Shown in pieces: positions 62,639 through 64,000 of a stretch of DNA of 64,000 bases. Position 1 is the stretch's first letter; every line of letters begins with the position of its first letter. This DNA is from the human T2T-CHM13v2.0 reference genome, Homo sapiens: NCBI RefSeq assembly GCF_009914755.1, contig NC_060943.1; one strand, written 5' to 3'. Made by a program: the position numbers and the translations under genes. The notes beneath the pieces are model-generated. The model saw nothing but the letters and a program-made list of their open reading frames with translations, was not told the DNA's origin and made no database searches.

Positions 62639-62817
62639 GGATGGCCCTGTGGGGGAGTGGTTCCCAGATCTCCAGCCTAGGGGCCTCTTCCCCGGGCCTT
62701 GGCTCCAGGAGCCCCTCCCTGCGCCCTAACAAGCTCCTGTCCCTTGGCCTGTGTGTCCAGGGCCTGCCAGGCGTCTTCCCCTCCACGCTGCGGGCTATGG
62801 GAAGTGGCTCGGTCAGT

Positions 62818-63856
<1,039 letters not shown>

Positions 63857-64000
63857 CTATGCCAGATGGCCAAGTTTTCTGCTTGGCGCATCTCCTGAGC
63901 CTAGCACTGAGGTGTCCCTCAGGAACTGTGCCCATAGACTAGTCTACAGATTGTGAAGTAGAAACAGGTCCCCCATGCCAGGCGCGGTGGCTCACGCCTG

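Overview
Human (primate) genomic DNA: GC-rich, very Alu-dense, and matching the chr19p13 PKN1-PTGER1-GIPC1 locus. On the + strand are PKN1 coding exons 3-22 (103-28417); the first two exons lie outside the window. On the - strand are PTGER1 (EP1 receptor, 402 aa, tail-to-tail with PKN1) and complete GIPC1 (333 aa). The GIPC1 5'UTR carries the (GGC)12 OPDM2 repeat and two transposon-derived exons. All exon boundaries were checked for GT/AG and phase continuity. A nearly intact SNRPG retrocopy with a 12-bp TSD lies in a GIPC1 intron, and a 5'-truncated polyadenylated HERV-W (LTR17) retrocopy lies upstream of GIPC1. The least-explained structures are: (1) a 35-bp-period array of TTCnnGAA heat-shock-element dimers in PKN1 intron 9; (2) a CTG-initiated polyglycine uORF in GIPC1 whose C-terminus changes with 5'UTR splicing; (3) weak poly(A) signals that could let PKN1 read antisense through all of PTGER1; (4) a ~72-bp minisatellite in GIPC1 intron 4; (5) a same-strand TGACAG cluster in PKN1 intron 4. 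No rRNA, tRNA or CRISPR array was seen. Repeat subfamily names are from recall of consensus sequences and repeat boundaries are approximate.
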